Of a DNA stretch of 64,000 nt, positions 1-13,462 are shown one piece after another. The stretch is from positions 67,530,464 to 67,594,463 of the forward strand of contig NC_043011.1 of NCBI RefSeq assembly GCF_006345805.1, given 5' to 3'. The stretch's first letter is position 1. Each line of letters begins with the position of its first letter. Below the pieces are notes generated by a model. It did no database searches. It saw only the letters and a list, made by a program, of their open reading frames with translations, and was not told the origin of the DNA. Made by a program: the position numbers and the translations under genes. Source of the stretch: Octopus sinensis (Eukaryota).

Positions 1-68
1 CATACATATATACACCCATACACACATACCGATACACCCACCCACACACACACACGAACACACACACA

Positions 69-188
69 CAGGTGCAGGTGTGGCTGTGTGGTAACAAACT
101 TGGTTCCAAAACACTTAGTCCTCAATTCAGTCCCACTGTGTGGTAACTTGGCATGTGTCTTCTGCTATAGCCTCAGACCAACCAGAGC
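69..188 (+). mobile_element. SINE family A, degenerate head
   Basis: GGCTGTGTGGTAA...TTCAGTCCCACTG...GGCATGTGTCTTCTGCTATAGCC matches full copies elsewhere in the window. Confidence 0.75.
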
Positions 189-744
189 TCGCTCTGGGCG
201 ACTGTACACAGCTACCAGCCCACAGTCGACTCTATGGGGGTTGGGTTGAGAGGAAAGAATTTCCATTATATATTGAGAACTATAACGCGAAGGCAGCATA
301 AAAACAACAACTCTTCCTCAATTGTTGGCAGATTTACCTACTCCGCATTGCGAGCAGTGCAACAAGAAGCGTCTTTGTCAAAGCAAATTAAATAAAATTT
401 GAGATACGTGGAACGTCAAAGCTGCTAACAAAAACAGGACAGTGAAAGCATTCGGTAAGAGCTGTTTAACCCTAACGAGGTGAAGTGGTGAACGCTGGAG
501 AAAAAAAGCTTTGTCAAGAGACCGACAAGAATGCGTCTTATAGTTATAAACTGAACGAGAAGAAAAAGAATTACATTCAGAAATAGAGATCTATAATTAT
601 TGAGGACAGAATTTGAGTTAGAAATAGAGAACTGGCCAAAACCTTTCTAAGTTATTATATATATATATGGGAGTGAACGTGTCAATAAGAATTTCCACAA
701 TTGTTAAGCATAATCTTAAAGATGCCATGGAAGCAAGATAAGTC

Positions 745-885
745 AAGTAACCCTTTTTACTATAGACAGAAGGCCTGAAATATTAGTGGAGGGAGCAAGA
801 CAATTATATCGACCCAAGTGCTCAACTGGTACTTATTTTATCGACCCCAAAACGATGAAAGGTAAAGTCAACCTCGACGGAAGAA
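745..885 (-). mobile_element. SINE family B (Meta-domain-like) fragment
   Basis: Reverse complement of CCTTTCATCG..GGGGTCGATAAAATAAGTACCAGTTGAGCAC, a motif repeated many times in the window. Confidence 0.75.
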
Positions 886-1872
886 ACGTCAAATAATAAC
901 AAAATGCCATTATGGATTTCAAAACAGAAATAAAGACCATTGGCGTAGAGAAAATCATAAAATATTGGTGATGCATATAAATTGTAAATAAATAAATCGC
1001 TATACTTCTCAGTAACACAATATGAAAAATAAATATAAAAATAAACAAAAATTGAAACGTTTTGTTGTGAGGAAACTTGTTTAAGGGATATCAGTATACG
1101 CACCAACATCCTTTTAATAAGAGTAAAAATGCACCTGAAAGAAAAATGTCTTAAGAAATTCGGTCGCAATCAATCGGTAGTCTACGCAGAGGAATGAAAA
1201 GAGAGTAAATAAATTTCTTGAGAAAATTATGGAGAATGACCTTAACTCTGATGTGATATGTCTAAAAGAATTCCAAAGTAAGTAATGACATTGAATTACC
1301 TCAAAGGTATTCTGTCACTGCCAATAACTTGATAATGGTGGTATCCTTGAGACTATGATAATTCCAAAGGTGGTAATTTGGAGTAAGATAATAATCTACT
1401 ATAGAAATAGTTAACGAATTGAATTAACAGAATATCTGCCCAAGGAAAGGTTGGGAATCACTGGAGAAGTGAATATCCTCAACCACAGCAGTTTACTGCT
1501 GCTTTAATTTACACGCGTCGAAAGCTAGAAAGGCATAACTGATGTCAGCGGGAATTGAACTCAGAACCTAAAGGATATGGAATAAACATTGATTAATAAA
1601 CGACTCCAGTATTTGAATGCTACAATATATATATCGGGTGCAGAGAAATTGCGAGTGGTGGGGTGGATAGCTGCGCTGAGAGTTGAACTTAGAACGTAAG
1701 GGAGCATGCAGAACATCGTATCGCAGAGCAATAAAAAGCGAAAAAGCAGCAAACAATAAACAAACTCCGGCGCCAGGTTTTGCTGTTGCTTCCAATGATA
1801 TTACAGAATACAAGAGATACGGGACAAAATGTGTGTGTGTGTGTGTGTAATGACACACACACAAACACAAAT

Positions 1873-1905
<33 letters not shown>

Positions 1906-2031
1906 ATAAATTTTATGTGCTGAATTTTATTTTATTTGAGAACATAATCTTTGTGGAAATGGCGATTTGACGTCTATATCTAGCATGTTGACTGTCCACT
2001 TTTCGTGTTCAGTCCTTAATTGGTATATATA

Positions 2032-2101
<70 letters not shown>

Positions 2102-2460
2102 AGAAATATTGAATTTCTAAATCTCTCGTAGAGACATGTACGGTGGTGGGGCGATAGAATGGTTTCATACTGTCAATCTAATAAGAACGTGACAGTAGGG
2201 GGTACACCACCGCTGTATAGCCCTAGGAAGCATCGAACGCCTCATGATGGCTTTGACACATTTTTCCCTCTGACCTTATATACATATACGAAGGGGAGAC
2301 AAACACCCCCGGCTGCCGGAACTGCATCTAGGGACACCGTGTTTCAGGATCGTTGTCCTTCATCGGCCTAGAGTAGCAGACACCGGTCAGCCGGTGATAT
2401 TTGCCTCTACTTCGTAATTGTATATATCTATATTCAGTGAAGTCTATTCACTGATTATCA

Positions 2461-2513
<53 letters not shown>

Positions 2514-2517
2514 TATT

Positions 2518-2892
2518 ACCAACCGCATGGTTCCGAGTTCAGTCCCACTGCGTGGCACCTTGGGCAAGTGTCTTCTACTATAGCCTCGGGCCGACCAAAA
2601 TCCTTGTGAGTGGATTTGGTAGACGGAAACTGAAAGAAGCCCGTCGTATATATGTATAAATATACATGTGTATGTGCATGTGTGTGTGTTTGTGTCCGTG
2701 TTTGTCCCCCTAGCATTGCTTGACAACCGATGCTGGCGTGTTTACGTCCCTGGAACCTAGCGGTTCGGCAAAAGAGAACGATAGAATAAGTATTGGGCTT
2801 ACAAAGAATAAGTCCCGGGGTCGAGTTGCTCGATTAAAGGCGGTGCTCCAGCATGGCCGCAGTCAAATGACTGAAACAAGCAAAAGAGTATA
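2518..2892 (+). mobile_element. SINE family A (tRNA-derived, CORE-like central domain), near full length
   Basis: CACCTTGGGCAAGTGTCTTCTACTATAGCC core, internal TA/TG microsatellite and GCTCCAGCATGGCCGCAGTCAAATGACTGAAAC tail. Confidence 0.85.
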
Positions 2893-3170
2893 TATATATG
2901 TATATATAATTTTATATTTCATTGCAGAATTTCCTTTTGTATACACACATGCACACACACACATACATACACACACAAAAGTATGTATATATGCGAGTGT
3001 TCCTATATGTATATCTACATTCATGTACGCATATATGTACGTGTGTGTGTACGTGAGTATATTTATATGAATACTACCTATAATATACATTTTGCATATA
3101 CACGTATATATAAATATACAAACATATATATGTATATATATGTGGGGGTGTATGTATAAATATATATATA

Positions 3171-3205
<35 letters not shown>

Positions 3206-3721
3206 ATGTATATATGTATGTATAATGTATATTTATATATACGTATTTATACGTAAGTATGTATGTATGTCTATGCAATTTTAAAATTTATTGTCGAAAA
3301 TTAGATTGCATTATTCCATATAATATGTTACGATATTTTTCTTCATCTCTTCAAACAAATAAAATCTCTAACTTCACTCACAAAGAAATAACTTAAACAG
3401 AGAAAGGGAATATTTTAATTCGAATACCTCAATATGAACAAAAAGATAAAGAAAGACATGTTATAAATACACAGATATGGTTTTTCGATTCTAATGAAAA
3501 TTGGTTAAACTAGACATGTTTAATATCATTATTACAAGTGGTAAATATATAAGATAAACATATTGCAATATTTGAGCGCCGTGTATTCGTACCGACTATA
3601 ATAACATATTCCGACATATATATATATATATAATATTGTCTACGTAAATATTTACAGACATGACTACATACATACACACATATTTGCATATACAGATATA
3701 TATATATACATATATATATAA

Positions 3722-3828
<107 letters not shown>

Positions 3829-3836
3829 TATAGATG

Positions 3837-3908
<72 letters not shown>

Positions 3909-4035
3909 TACATATGCATATACACATATATATATGCACACACACATATACACACACGCACGCACAAACATATTGTCTACGTAAATATTTACATACATGA
4001 GTACACGCATCACACACATATATATGCAGATACAA

Positions 4036-4410
4036 GCGCGCCTGTGTGGTAAGTAGCTTGCTTCCATACAACACAGTTCAGGGTTCAGTCCCACTGCGCA
4101 ACAACTTGGACAAGTGCTTTCTACTATAGCCTCGGGCCGACCAACGCCTTGTGAGTGGATTTGGTAGATTGAAGCTGAAAGAGGCTTGTCGTATATGTGT
4201 GTGTGTGTGTGTGTATCACCAATGCTACACCACCTGTGCTGTTGCATTTACGTCTACGTAACAGCAGTTCATCATAGAAGCTCGATAGAGTACGTGCTGT
4301 GCTTAAAATATAATAAGATCTGGTGTCGATTTGTTCAGCTAAAACCCTTCAAGGCGAGGCCTCAGCATGGCCACAGGCAACTGACTAAAACAAGTAAAAG
4401 ATCAAAGTTG
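4036..4410 (+). mobile_element. SINE family A copy
   Basis: Same head, core and tail as 2518-2892. Confidence 0.75.
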
Positions 4411-4449
4411 ATAGTGCGCGCGCGTGTGTGTGTGTGTATGTTGGATCAA

Positions 4450-5470
4450 AATACCTGCGAGTTAACATGGGATCTCTTGACGATGAAGTAACATTCATTT
4501 GAAGTAATTACTACTTCCCACGTTGTGGCGAGTGCAACAGGGGAAACGGAAGAAGTTGTACTTCTACTCACGTACCTTGGAAGTAAGGCTTCTAAGGTGG
4601 GGCTAGAAAGAATTCCACCCGATATAGAAGTGACTTGTGTTGCGGCAGCTGTCCTCGTTGGAATTGAGGAGGAGATGGCCGACCTCCAAGCCACAGAAGC
4701 GGAGGACGGAGGATGGAGAGGAAAAACACTGGACCTCATTACACAGGCAGAGGAGAGGCATTTGGAGAGTTTGGCGGAGATGGTGACGTTGGGAGAGATT
4801 GTGTTAAGAGTGCGGGTGGAGGGCAGAGTCCCACGATGTTTTAAATGTGGCCAAAAGGTCCACATTAGAACGCACTGCCCTCTGTAGAGGAAAATAACAG
4901 AAGAAGCGGAATTGGAGACGGAGGAGAAAAGAGAAGAACAGACAGACGGAGGGAATAAGGAGGAAGAGTGGATAGTGACAGAGAGTAAAAGGAAGAACAG
5001 TGAGTATGATGTGGTACCCCCAAACCAACTGCATCCCATCCAAGACCACTCAGACCCACCCTCCCCATACAGACACCAAATCCATCCACACCCTTTCCCC
5101 ACAGGAAAAAAAAGAAGAAAGAACAGACATCACAAAATTTACAAGACCCTTCCCCCGTTGGAAAAGGTTATGTGTATATGGAGGAGCGATGGGGAAAAAG
5201 GAAAGACTAGATTAAAGACTAAAGAAGACTCAGGACTCAGAGGGGGCGAGTGGCGTTACTCAGTGTCAGGTGAGTAACACACTTTCCCTATTCTCATTTA
5301 TCAGTTATCATTCATGTATCCTCATTTCAATATTTTGATTTTAATGTTTTTCATGTTCATTTACATGTGTCACTCATAGCATCATATTTTTATTTTAATT
5401 GTAATATGTCCCCACATGTGTTCTAGTGCCCCCCCCCCATGTAATGCCTTTATGGCAATTTAAAAGAAAT
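4450..5470 (+). mobile_element. LINE ORF1/gag-like fragment with CCHC zinc knuckle and apparent 3'UTR, no RT
   Basis: ORF 4525-4887 ends in CFKCGQKVHIRTHC (CX2CX4HX4C), followed by a low-complexity charged region and a pyrimidine-rich tail ending ...ATTTAAAAGAAAT. Confidence 0.65.
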
Positions 5471-5665
5471 TAAGTAGCTTGCTTACCAACCACATGGTTC
5501 CACATGATGTCTCTATAGTCCCTTAATTTAGAGGTTCGCAAAAAAGAGACCGATAGAATAAGTACTAAGCTTTAAAAATATGTACTGGGGTCGATTCGTT
5601 CGAATTAAATTCTTTGAGGTTGTACAGTCTAAAGACAGAAACGAATGGAAGAAACATGAAGCATA

Positions 5666-5723
<58 letters not shown>

Positions 5724-5929
5724 CAGTAATCCCTTGACTATTGCGGGTGTTACGTTCCAAAACCCCCGTGATGGGTGAAATTCCGCGAAGTAGAAACAGT
5801 AGTGTACCGTATATTTTTTTATAATTTATATATATTTACTATAAATGCAAAACAACACCACGGATTAATCAACGTAAGCTGAAATAATAAACCGCGATAG
5901 GCGAACCGCGATATGGTGAAGGATTACTG
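5724..5929. mobile_element. pogo/Tigger-like MITE
   Basis: TA-flanked imperfect TIRs CAGTAATCCCTTGACTATTGCGG / CCGCGATATGGTGAAGGATTACTG, 206 bp. Confidence 0.8.
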
Positions 5930-5970
5930 TATATATGTGTGTGTGTGTATGTGCGTGTATATGTATGTAT

Positions 5971-6114
<144 letters not shown>

Positions 6115-6118
6115 TAGA

Positions 6119-6162
<44 letters not shown>

Positions 6163-6202
6163 TAGGTAGATAGATAGATAGATATAGATAGATAGATAGA
6201 TG

Positions 6203-6264
<62 letters not shown>

Positions 6265-6288
6265 AGATAGATAGATAGATAGAGATAT

Positions 6289-6319
<31 letters not shown>

Positions 6320-6342
6320 CATATCGGTTCGCGGAACAACTC

Positions 6343-7310
6343 CGAGACATCCGACTCAGCAATGACACCCCGGTCTCGCGCCATTTCCGCTCTACCGGTC
6401 ACTCTTTGCAACACTTGTACATGTTCGGATCGTCCTTGCACTGGGGCCATCCGGACTCCCGTTTGCGTTGTGAACAGGGATTAATCTTCTCTCTTCGCTC
6501 CTTTGCGCCACATGGGCTCAACTCTCCTCCCCTCTTCATCTAACCTGCTCCCGTCACCTCTCTCCCCCTCACACCTACTTCCCCCTACCCACCTCTCCTC
6601 TCTTGCTCCGACTCCTACTTCTCTTCACTCTTACTCTCCTTCGCTCTTCTCTTCACTCCTACCCAGCTTCTCCTCCCCCCTTCATCGTCACCTCTCCCTC
6701 GTTAGACCACCCCACCCCTACACATTCCAACCCCACCTTCCTTATCATTCTCATTCCACCCCACCCCCATCCCTCACACACCACACCCACATACTGCACA
6801 TCTACCCCACCTTCTGCCTACCTACATACCCCACCCTCAGCCTAACCCACAATCCAGGCTTGCTTTCCCAACTCACACCTCCCCACCTCCCAATACCCTT
6901 ATACTACACCACACACCACACAACACATCATATCACAACACACCAGCACGACCACTTTCCAGCCCCACATTTTCACACCTACACATACACACACGCATAC
7001 GTCAAGATCACCAGCCCTCTTCCACACGCACATACATACTCTCTTATACACACGAACGCGCACCTTCGTTTTAGGATCACCACTACTTTATAATCTCCCC
7101 TTCATCCTAGCTCTCCTGTGTGACCCTTCCGTTCGGCATTCGCCATGATAGATCGCTAACCACTACACATTCTTTATTTTCTCTCCTTGTTTCTTTCAGT
7201 GTTCCTTTCTGTGGAAGAGCGTAGGCTCGAAAAGTTGAAGACTTCCCGAGCATTATACCAATACATCTGTTTCTTATCTTCGTCTTTTATTTTTTGTGAA
7301 TTCTCTACAT
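6343..7310 (+). mobile_element. Penelope-like element 3' fragment (GIY-YIG C-terminus, pyrimidine-rich UTR, pLTR)
   Basis: 6343-6543 translates [20 protein letters not shown]...[18 protein letters not shown] degenerate hammerhead-like motif lies at 7205-7240. Confidence 0.75.
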
Positions 7311-7321
7311 AATATATATAT

Positions 7322-7354
<33 letters not shown>

Positions 7355-7749
7355 GGACCAGAAGAACACCAAACTAGCAATAAACTAAAGTGTATAAACA
7401 GTCAATTTATAATTTGTGAATTAAAAATACAAATTTCTCAACTTTAAAACACAGTAGCATTTTAATTATCGATTCAATATAACTTCCACAGAAGGCATTC
7501 AAATAAAAAAAAGTTATTCGTTTATCAAAGGTTTTCCAGTTGAAAGAACCTTTCCTCTCATCTATTATGAGCCTCATTAAGAATGCAATAAAACTCTGAC
7601 TATCATATTTCAAATTCTATCCTTATTTGTATTCATTCTGGAGTTTTGTCTCAAGTTCTGACAATTTTTTAATGCGATTAATTACTACATACTGTTTTCT
7701 TTCAATTTTCATTAATTGTTCATGTATGCAATATATACCTTTGTATGTA

Positions 7750-7845
<96 letters not shown>

Positions 7846-8056
7846 GAAATAGAAAGATGAACTAATCTTGTTGCAGATTAATCAAAAGTTTAAACCGATA
7901 CCTTTGAAGCAAAAATCACAGCAGAAGACAGCACGGTTGAGGTACAACCATATGGTGTTGCAACCGTGCGTTGGTGTGGATAATTGAATTTTAATATTAT
8001 TAGTGAATTGAAGAAATGGAGTTGAACGAAGATTGAACAGAATCGTTTTTATTGCA

Positions 8057-8134
8057 TTCTACACGTGTTTCGAAAGGCACAATTACCAAATTCCGATTGA
8101 ATAGGAGACCATATTGTGTCTTTCTCTTCAGAAG
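8057..8134 (-). ncRNA. Mirror-copy hammerhead ribozyme motif
   Basis: Same core, stem II, stem III and GUA on the minus strand. Stem I is weaker because one C is missing. Confidence 0.75.
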
Positions 8135-8260
8135 AAATAGGAATCCGTTGGAAAAAACAAAACAGAACAGAGGCGGAGCAAAACAATCGAACGAGGCTCC
8201 TAAGAGCCCATGGCCAAACTGCCATGGGCTCTTTGTTTTTTCCAACGGATTTCCTATTTC

Positions 8261-8338
8261 TTCCTGAAGAGAAAGACACAATATGGTCTCCTTATTCATC
8301 GGAATTTGGTAATTGTGCCTTTCGAAACACGTGTAGAA
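8261..8338 (+). ncRNA. Minimal type I hammerhead ribozyme motif
   Basis: Stem I TTC/GAA; core CTGAAGA (8264-8270); stem II 11/12 bp closed by G-C; GAAA (8324-8327); palindromic stem III ACACGTGT; GUA triplet ending at 8335. Confidence 0.85.
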
Positions 8339-8395
8339 TGCAATAAAACGATTTCTGTTCAATCTTCGTTCAACTCCATTTCTTCAATTCACTAA

Positions 8396-8441
<46 letters not shown>

Positions 8442-8593
8442 ATATATATATACATACATATTCATATATATTTTTGTGTATATATATATATATATATGTA
8501 TATGTATATAATATATATATGTATATATATATATACATATATACACATATATATATATGCATATATATTTGTATATAATATATTTATATATAC

Positions 8594-8640
<47 letters not shown>

Positions 8641-9097
8641 CTAATATATATTATATATATACATATACATATATACATAAATATATACACACACGCACAC
8701 ACACATATATTATATGATTGTGCGTGTGTGTGCATCTGAATGTGTATATAATTACGCAAATCTGATGTATGTGTGCGTATATGTATGTGGATATATCTTG
8801 TTTGTTGCTTTGTTTTTATTAACTATTTGATTTTTCTTCGACTCTAAGTAACGATCTGGTTGCTAACAAAGTAAACAAAGCCTCATCGTTGGATTTTGCA
8901 TAACAAAAGCGATGCGGGTTAGACAGGTCTTACGTAATTTTACTGATCACCACACAGATTGTATTTGTAAAGTGCTTGAAAACCCAATTTTTTTTTATTC
9001 TGCCGCTGAGATATCTACTAATAATAAAAAACATATCTGCCAATTAATTATAATTATAAATGTGAATTTAAAACTGAGTATTGAAGCTGTTAAGGTG

Positions 9098-9410
9098 AAT
9101 GGCTCGGTGGCTAAAGTGTCGGGCTCGCAATCATGAGGTAGTGAGTTCGAATCCCGCACCGGGCTGCATGTTGTATTCGTTAACAAGACACCTTATTTCA
9201 TGTTGCTCCAGTTCACTCAGCTGTAGAAATGGGTTGCGACGTCACTGGTGCCAAGCTGTATTGGTATTTGATTTCCCTTGGATAACACTGGTGGCGTGGA
9301 GAGGAGGAGGCTGGTATGCATGGACGATTGCTGGCCTCCCATAAACAATCTGGCCCGATCTTTTGCCACGGAGGGTAACTTTCTAGGTGCAATCCCCTGG
9401 TTATTAATGA
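9098..9410 (+). mobile_element. SINE family C (tRNA head, V-domain-like)
   Basis: A box GGCTCGGTGGCTAAAG, B box GAGTTCGAATCC, then CAAGACACCTTATTTCATGTTGCTCCAGTTCACTCAGCTG. Confidence 0.8.
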
Positions 9411-9604
9411 CAAAAGGGTGGGAGTCTTTACCCTTTACCCTATTGCAGCTGTAAGTTTCTAAGTTGTTTGTAATACTGCCCTTCATGATTTTTAAAGGGT
9501 TCTTAAAGTACATTCCTATGAAGAAGTGGAAATAGGTAATCTCATCGACTATATTATACTCACAAAATAATAAGGTCTATATTTAGGTAGTTGATAGTAT
9601 TACT

Positions 9605-9950
9605 CTTTTACTCTCTTAGCTGTTTCAGTCATTTGACTGCGGCCATGCTCGAGCACCGCCTTTAGTCGAGCAAATCAACCCCAGGAGTTATTCTTTGTAA
9701 GCCTAGTACTTATTCTATCGTTCTCTTTTGCCGAACCGCTAAATTACGGGGACGTAAACACACCAGCGTCGGTTGTCAAGCGATGTTGAGGGGGAGGACA
9801 AACACAGACACGCAAACATATATACGACGGGTTTCTTTCAGTTTCCGTCTACCAAATCCATTTGTCCAAGGTGCCATGCAGTGGGACTGAACCCAGAACC
9901 ATGTGGCTGGTAAGCAAGCTACTTACCATACAGCCACTCCTGTGCCTATT
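9605..9950 (-). mobile_element. SINE family A copy
   Basis: Reverse complement of the family A tail, core and head. Confidence 0.85.
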
Positions 9951-10534
9951 AATAAAAATTCATTGTATTGATACAGAAGCACAATTTTTGAGTTGCACAG
10001 AACGGTTTAATTCGAGAGATAACTGATATTCAACTTAACTTCAAATATTGTAAATACCTTTTGAACTGTTAATACAAAGAAACGTAAACGTTATAATAAA
10101 ATAAATTCCATTCGACATTCTGCAATTCTGCTACGCCACCGCAAAATAGCACTGTACACTTCTATACAGAAATAATCTTGATAATTTCTAAGAAAAATCT
10201 TCCTCCAGCACAAATTGTGAAGGACACATCTGTCACATGAAACTCGTTGCAAGATTACTTCTAACAGTCTACCTAACATACATGCTTGACTGAATCCAAA
10301 CAGTATCAAAATTCCTGTATCAAACCGCCTCCATTATTCTTTCCTCTCCACCCACGACCACAAGCATAAATTTCTCCTGTCTTTCTATATCCATTTCTTA
10401 CACGATCACCTCTTTCTGACTATAAACCCACTTGTACGACGACTAAGAAACACTCAGCCATAAACATTATATATTAATCAAACTTTTGAGGTGTTGAGAG
10501 ATCGTTAATTAAAACTACAATTTTATATATATGC

Positions 10535-10941
<407 letters not shown>

Positions 10942-10964
10942 CATGCATGTATGTGTGCATGTAT

Positions 10965-11085
10965 GCCATTGTTCAGTTTTATTTCAAGATTTCTTGCTAA
11001 TGGAGAAAGAGCCGGTTTCTTACCTTGGTCCAAGGTCTCTTCATTGGAATTTCAAAATCAACAACAGGGTATTCTTGTTTGTATG
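10965..11085. repeat. Dispersed ~115-bp repeat embedded in (TATG)n; other copies at 28090-28180 and 32120-32230
   Basis: Shared GATTTCTTGC.AAT.GAGAAAGAGC.GGTTTC...CAAGG...TTCA.TGGA.ATTCAACATCAAC. Confidence 0.8.
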
Positions 11086-11384
11086 TATGTTTGTATGTAT
11101 GTATGTATGTCTAACAATAATTGACTACTCAAAAATAAATGCTAAATCTTTCTCAAATCGTATCTCACAGACTCTACCATTAAAACCAAGTAAAGGACAC
11201 AAACGCAATGTAGGCATCGGTGTAGCATTTCTGAGCGGTGTGATGACAATAACAGTTCTGACTACAGATGTCTGTGAAAGACACTGTCCGGACATATTTG
11301 CATTTAACATCATTGCTTAGCTATAAGTAAAAATAATAACACGAGCACAAACCTCTACCAATGCAACACCAACGTCCTCCTAAC

Positions 11385-11695
11385 GATTAGCCAGAGATGA
11401 TTTTTAAAATGAGAATATCTTAAATAAACTCGACTGCTCTCACATACGAGGATACTAAACATGAACCCAACCGCTCACAAAAATTTAGAGAATAAAACGG
11501 AAAAATAATCCAGAACCCTTGTCCGGTACCAAATCGATTCCAAATTCTAATCAATTCGTACCAGTCGCAAGGCCAAACGCCCCTAAAAACTTTATCTGAA
11601 TCCATCCAGCGGTTCTTGAGATATCTTGTCCACGGACAAACAAACGCGACTGAAAATAATACATCCGCTTTAGCGAAGGCAGAGGTAATAAAAGA
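11385..11695 (-). mobile_element. Non-autonomous DNA element, Helitron/Helentron-like
   Basis: Starts TTATTACCTCTGCC with a short hairpin (CGCTAAAGCG), then (GTTT)n-like and GATATCTCAAGAACCGCTGGATGGATT motifs typical of such elements. Confidence 0.45.
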
Positions 11696-12204
11696 TTAGA
11701 ACTAAAACAGAGCTGCCTTTGAACATTCGTTTATCTATCAACTGAAAACCAGCACAATCATGGAACCATTGAATATACACAGTGACGACTTAAATGACAG
11801 AAAATTCAACTTTGAACGTATTACTTTAGCATGGACTTGACTATGAAAGCTAAAACAAAATAAAAAATAAAAAAGAAGTTTGTAAAAGATCTGCTAAGAT
11901 ATCTGTGTCTCGGTTCACCATAGGGGTTGCCTGAAACTTGAAAATATAAGTCAGGATGATCCTGGAACTGATCTGGAGCTAAAAAGAAGCCACATTTTAA
12001 AAAGTATATGAAAAAAATTCGAAGTGTAATTATTGTGGTGTCAGCTAATTAACATTTGTGATAATTAACATTTCGAGTTAAGTAACATTCGTTAATTAAA
12101 GTTTGCAACCAGAAAGAATCATTAATGGATAATCAGATTAATAAATTAGGAAAAAATTGTGACGTCAAAAAACATTTTATTTTAAATTTTTTTTCAAATT
12201 TTTC

Positions 12205-12410
12205 CAGTGCCAGCAGTTTTTGAGGGGAGGGGACGGCGATTACATCAACACCAGTCCTTGACTGGCAGTTATTTCATCGAACCCCGAGGGATAAAATGTA
12301 AAATCGACCCCAGTTTGAGATCAGAACATAAAGACGGACGAAATGCCGCAACGCATTATGTCCGGAATGCTAGCAGTTTAGCCAGTTCGCTGCATTAGAT
12401 TTACCTAAAA
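12205..12410 (-). mobile_element. SINE family B copy
   Basis: ATCAACACCAGT..CTGGCAGTTATTTCATCGAACCCCGAGGGATAAAATG matches family B. Confidence 0.7.
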
Positions 12411-12548
12411 AACATTAAAAGTAAGGGAACAGCTAAACTTGAGTCAATAGAGTGTTAGACAGAACACTTCACTGTATTTGTTTAGGAACTCTACTATCTG
12501 AGTTCAAATCCCATCACGGTTAAATCTGTCTTTCGTCTTTTCAGGGTC

Positions 12549-12648
12549 NNNNNNNNNNNNNNNNNNNNNNNNNNNNNNNNNNNNNNNNNNNNNNNNNNNN
12601 NNNNNNNNNNNNNNNNNNNNNNNNNNNNNNNNNNNNNNNNNNNNNNNN
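12549..12648. other. Assembly gap (100 N)
   Basis: Run of N. Confidence 1.
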
Positions 12649-13015
12649 TTTTAACACTTTATACTGAAATTGTGGAGAAGATATGATATTGCTATGGACT
12701 CGCTCTAGGCAAGAAGTTGAACATTTTTTGGCTTCATGAACTCTACATGGACCCCTAATTAAGGCAGTTGTAAAATTTTGAATGGAATTGGTTGTCAAGT
12801 TCTCCAGTTTTAGGGAATCGTAGTAGAGAAGATATATATTGCTGTGGGCTCGCCCAAGGCAAAAAGTTAAAATCTTTTGCCGATGACACTCCCCCCCGGA
12901 CCCTAAGGTAGGCAAAGTTGTAAAATTTGATGGAATTGGTTGTGTAGTTCTCATGTTTTAGGGAAACACACAGACCAGACAGACAGACACACATTCTCAG
13001 TTGTATATATAAAGA
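12649..13015 (-). mobile_element. Non-autonomous Helitron, 5' part (cut by the gap)
   Basis: 5' TC terminus followed by (TCTG)n; same sequence as the 5' half of 13892-14752. Confidence 0.75.
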
Positions 13016-13224
13016 TATATATGGTATGTCCTATTTTCCGTTTGTTGTCTTTTTATTTATCCTGAAAATATTATTTATGTAACGCACCCACTCATTAATT
13101 TTATACAATTATTTTATATATAAAGTTAATCCAAACATGAAAACACAAAGAGAAAACACAACACGCGAAGACGTGGAACAAATATAGTTATTATTGGACA
13201 CTCTGGAAGGAAGGGAAGAAGGAA

Positions 13225-13259
13225 GTTTAACGTTTCGAGCGGAGCTCTTCGTCGGAAAC
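13225..13259 (-). ncRNA. Minimal hammerhead motif in a PLE pLTR; duplicate at 14967-15001
   Basis: GTTT-CCGACGA-A-GAGC-TCC-GCTC-GAAA-C-GT-T-AAAC: U4C core variant, one-nt insertion before stem II, palindromic ACGT stem III, GUU triplet. Confidence 0.6.
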
Positions 13260-13401
13260 ATAGGGAAGGTACGATCCAGAGAAGGAAACAGGAAAAAAAA
13301 AAAATATATATATATATATTATATATATATTTCAGCGGTGGTGCCGCCAGCATGGCCGCTGCCTTCGGCTAAAATATTTTTAAGGATTTAAATTTAAGGA
13401 T

Positions 13402-13462
<61 letters not shown>

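Larger units (their letters stand above)
7993..8402. repeat. Fold-back of two inverted PLE pLTR-like arms (~168 bp each)
   Basis: 7993-8161 is the near-perfect reverse complement of 8232-8402. The spacer has its own 13-bp hairpin and the right arm runs into (TA)n. Confidence 0.92.

Noticed and set aside
4446-5102. 218-aa minus-strand ORF
   Set aside because: Antisense shadow of the purine-rich gag-like element.
6503-7093. 196-aa Pro/His/Ser-rich ORF
   Set aside because: Pyrimidine/CA-rich PLE UTR with no coding signature.
7931-7969. Hairpin containing TGAGGTA (let-7 seed-like)
   Set aside because: The sequence after the seed does not match let-7 and the stem is only 9 bp.
9098-9170. tRNA-like sequences (also at 16745 and 63841)
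   Set aside because: They continue directly into SINE bodies and lack a complete cloverleaf, so they are SINE heads.
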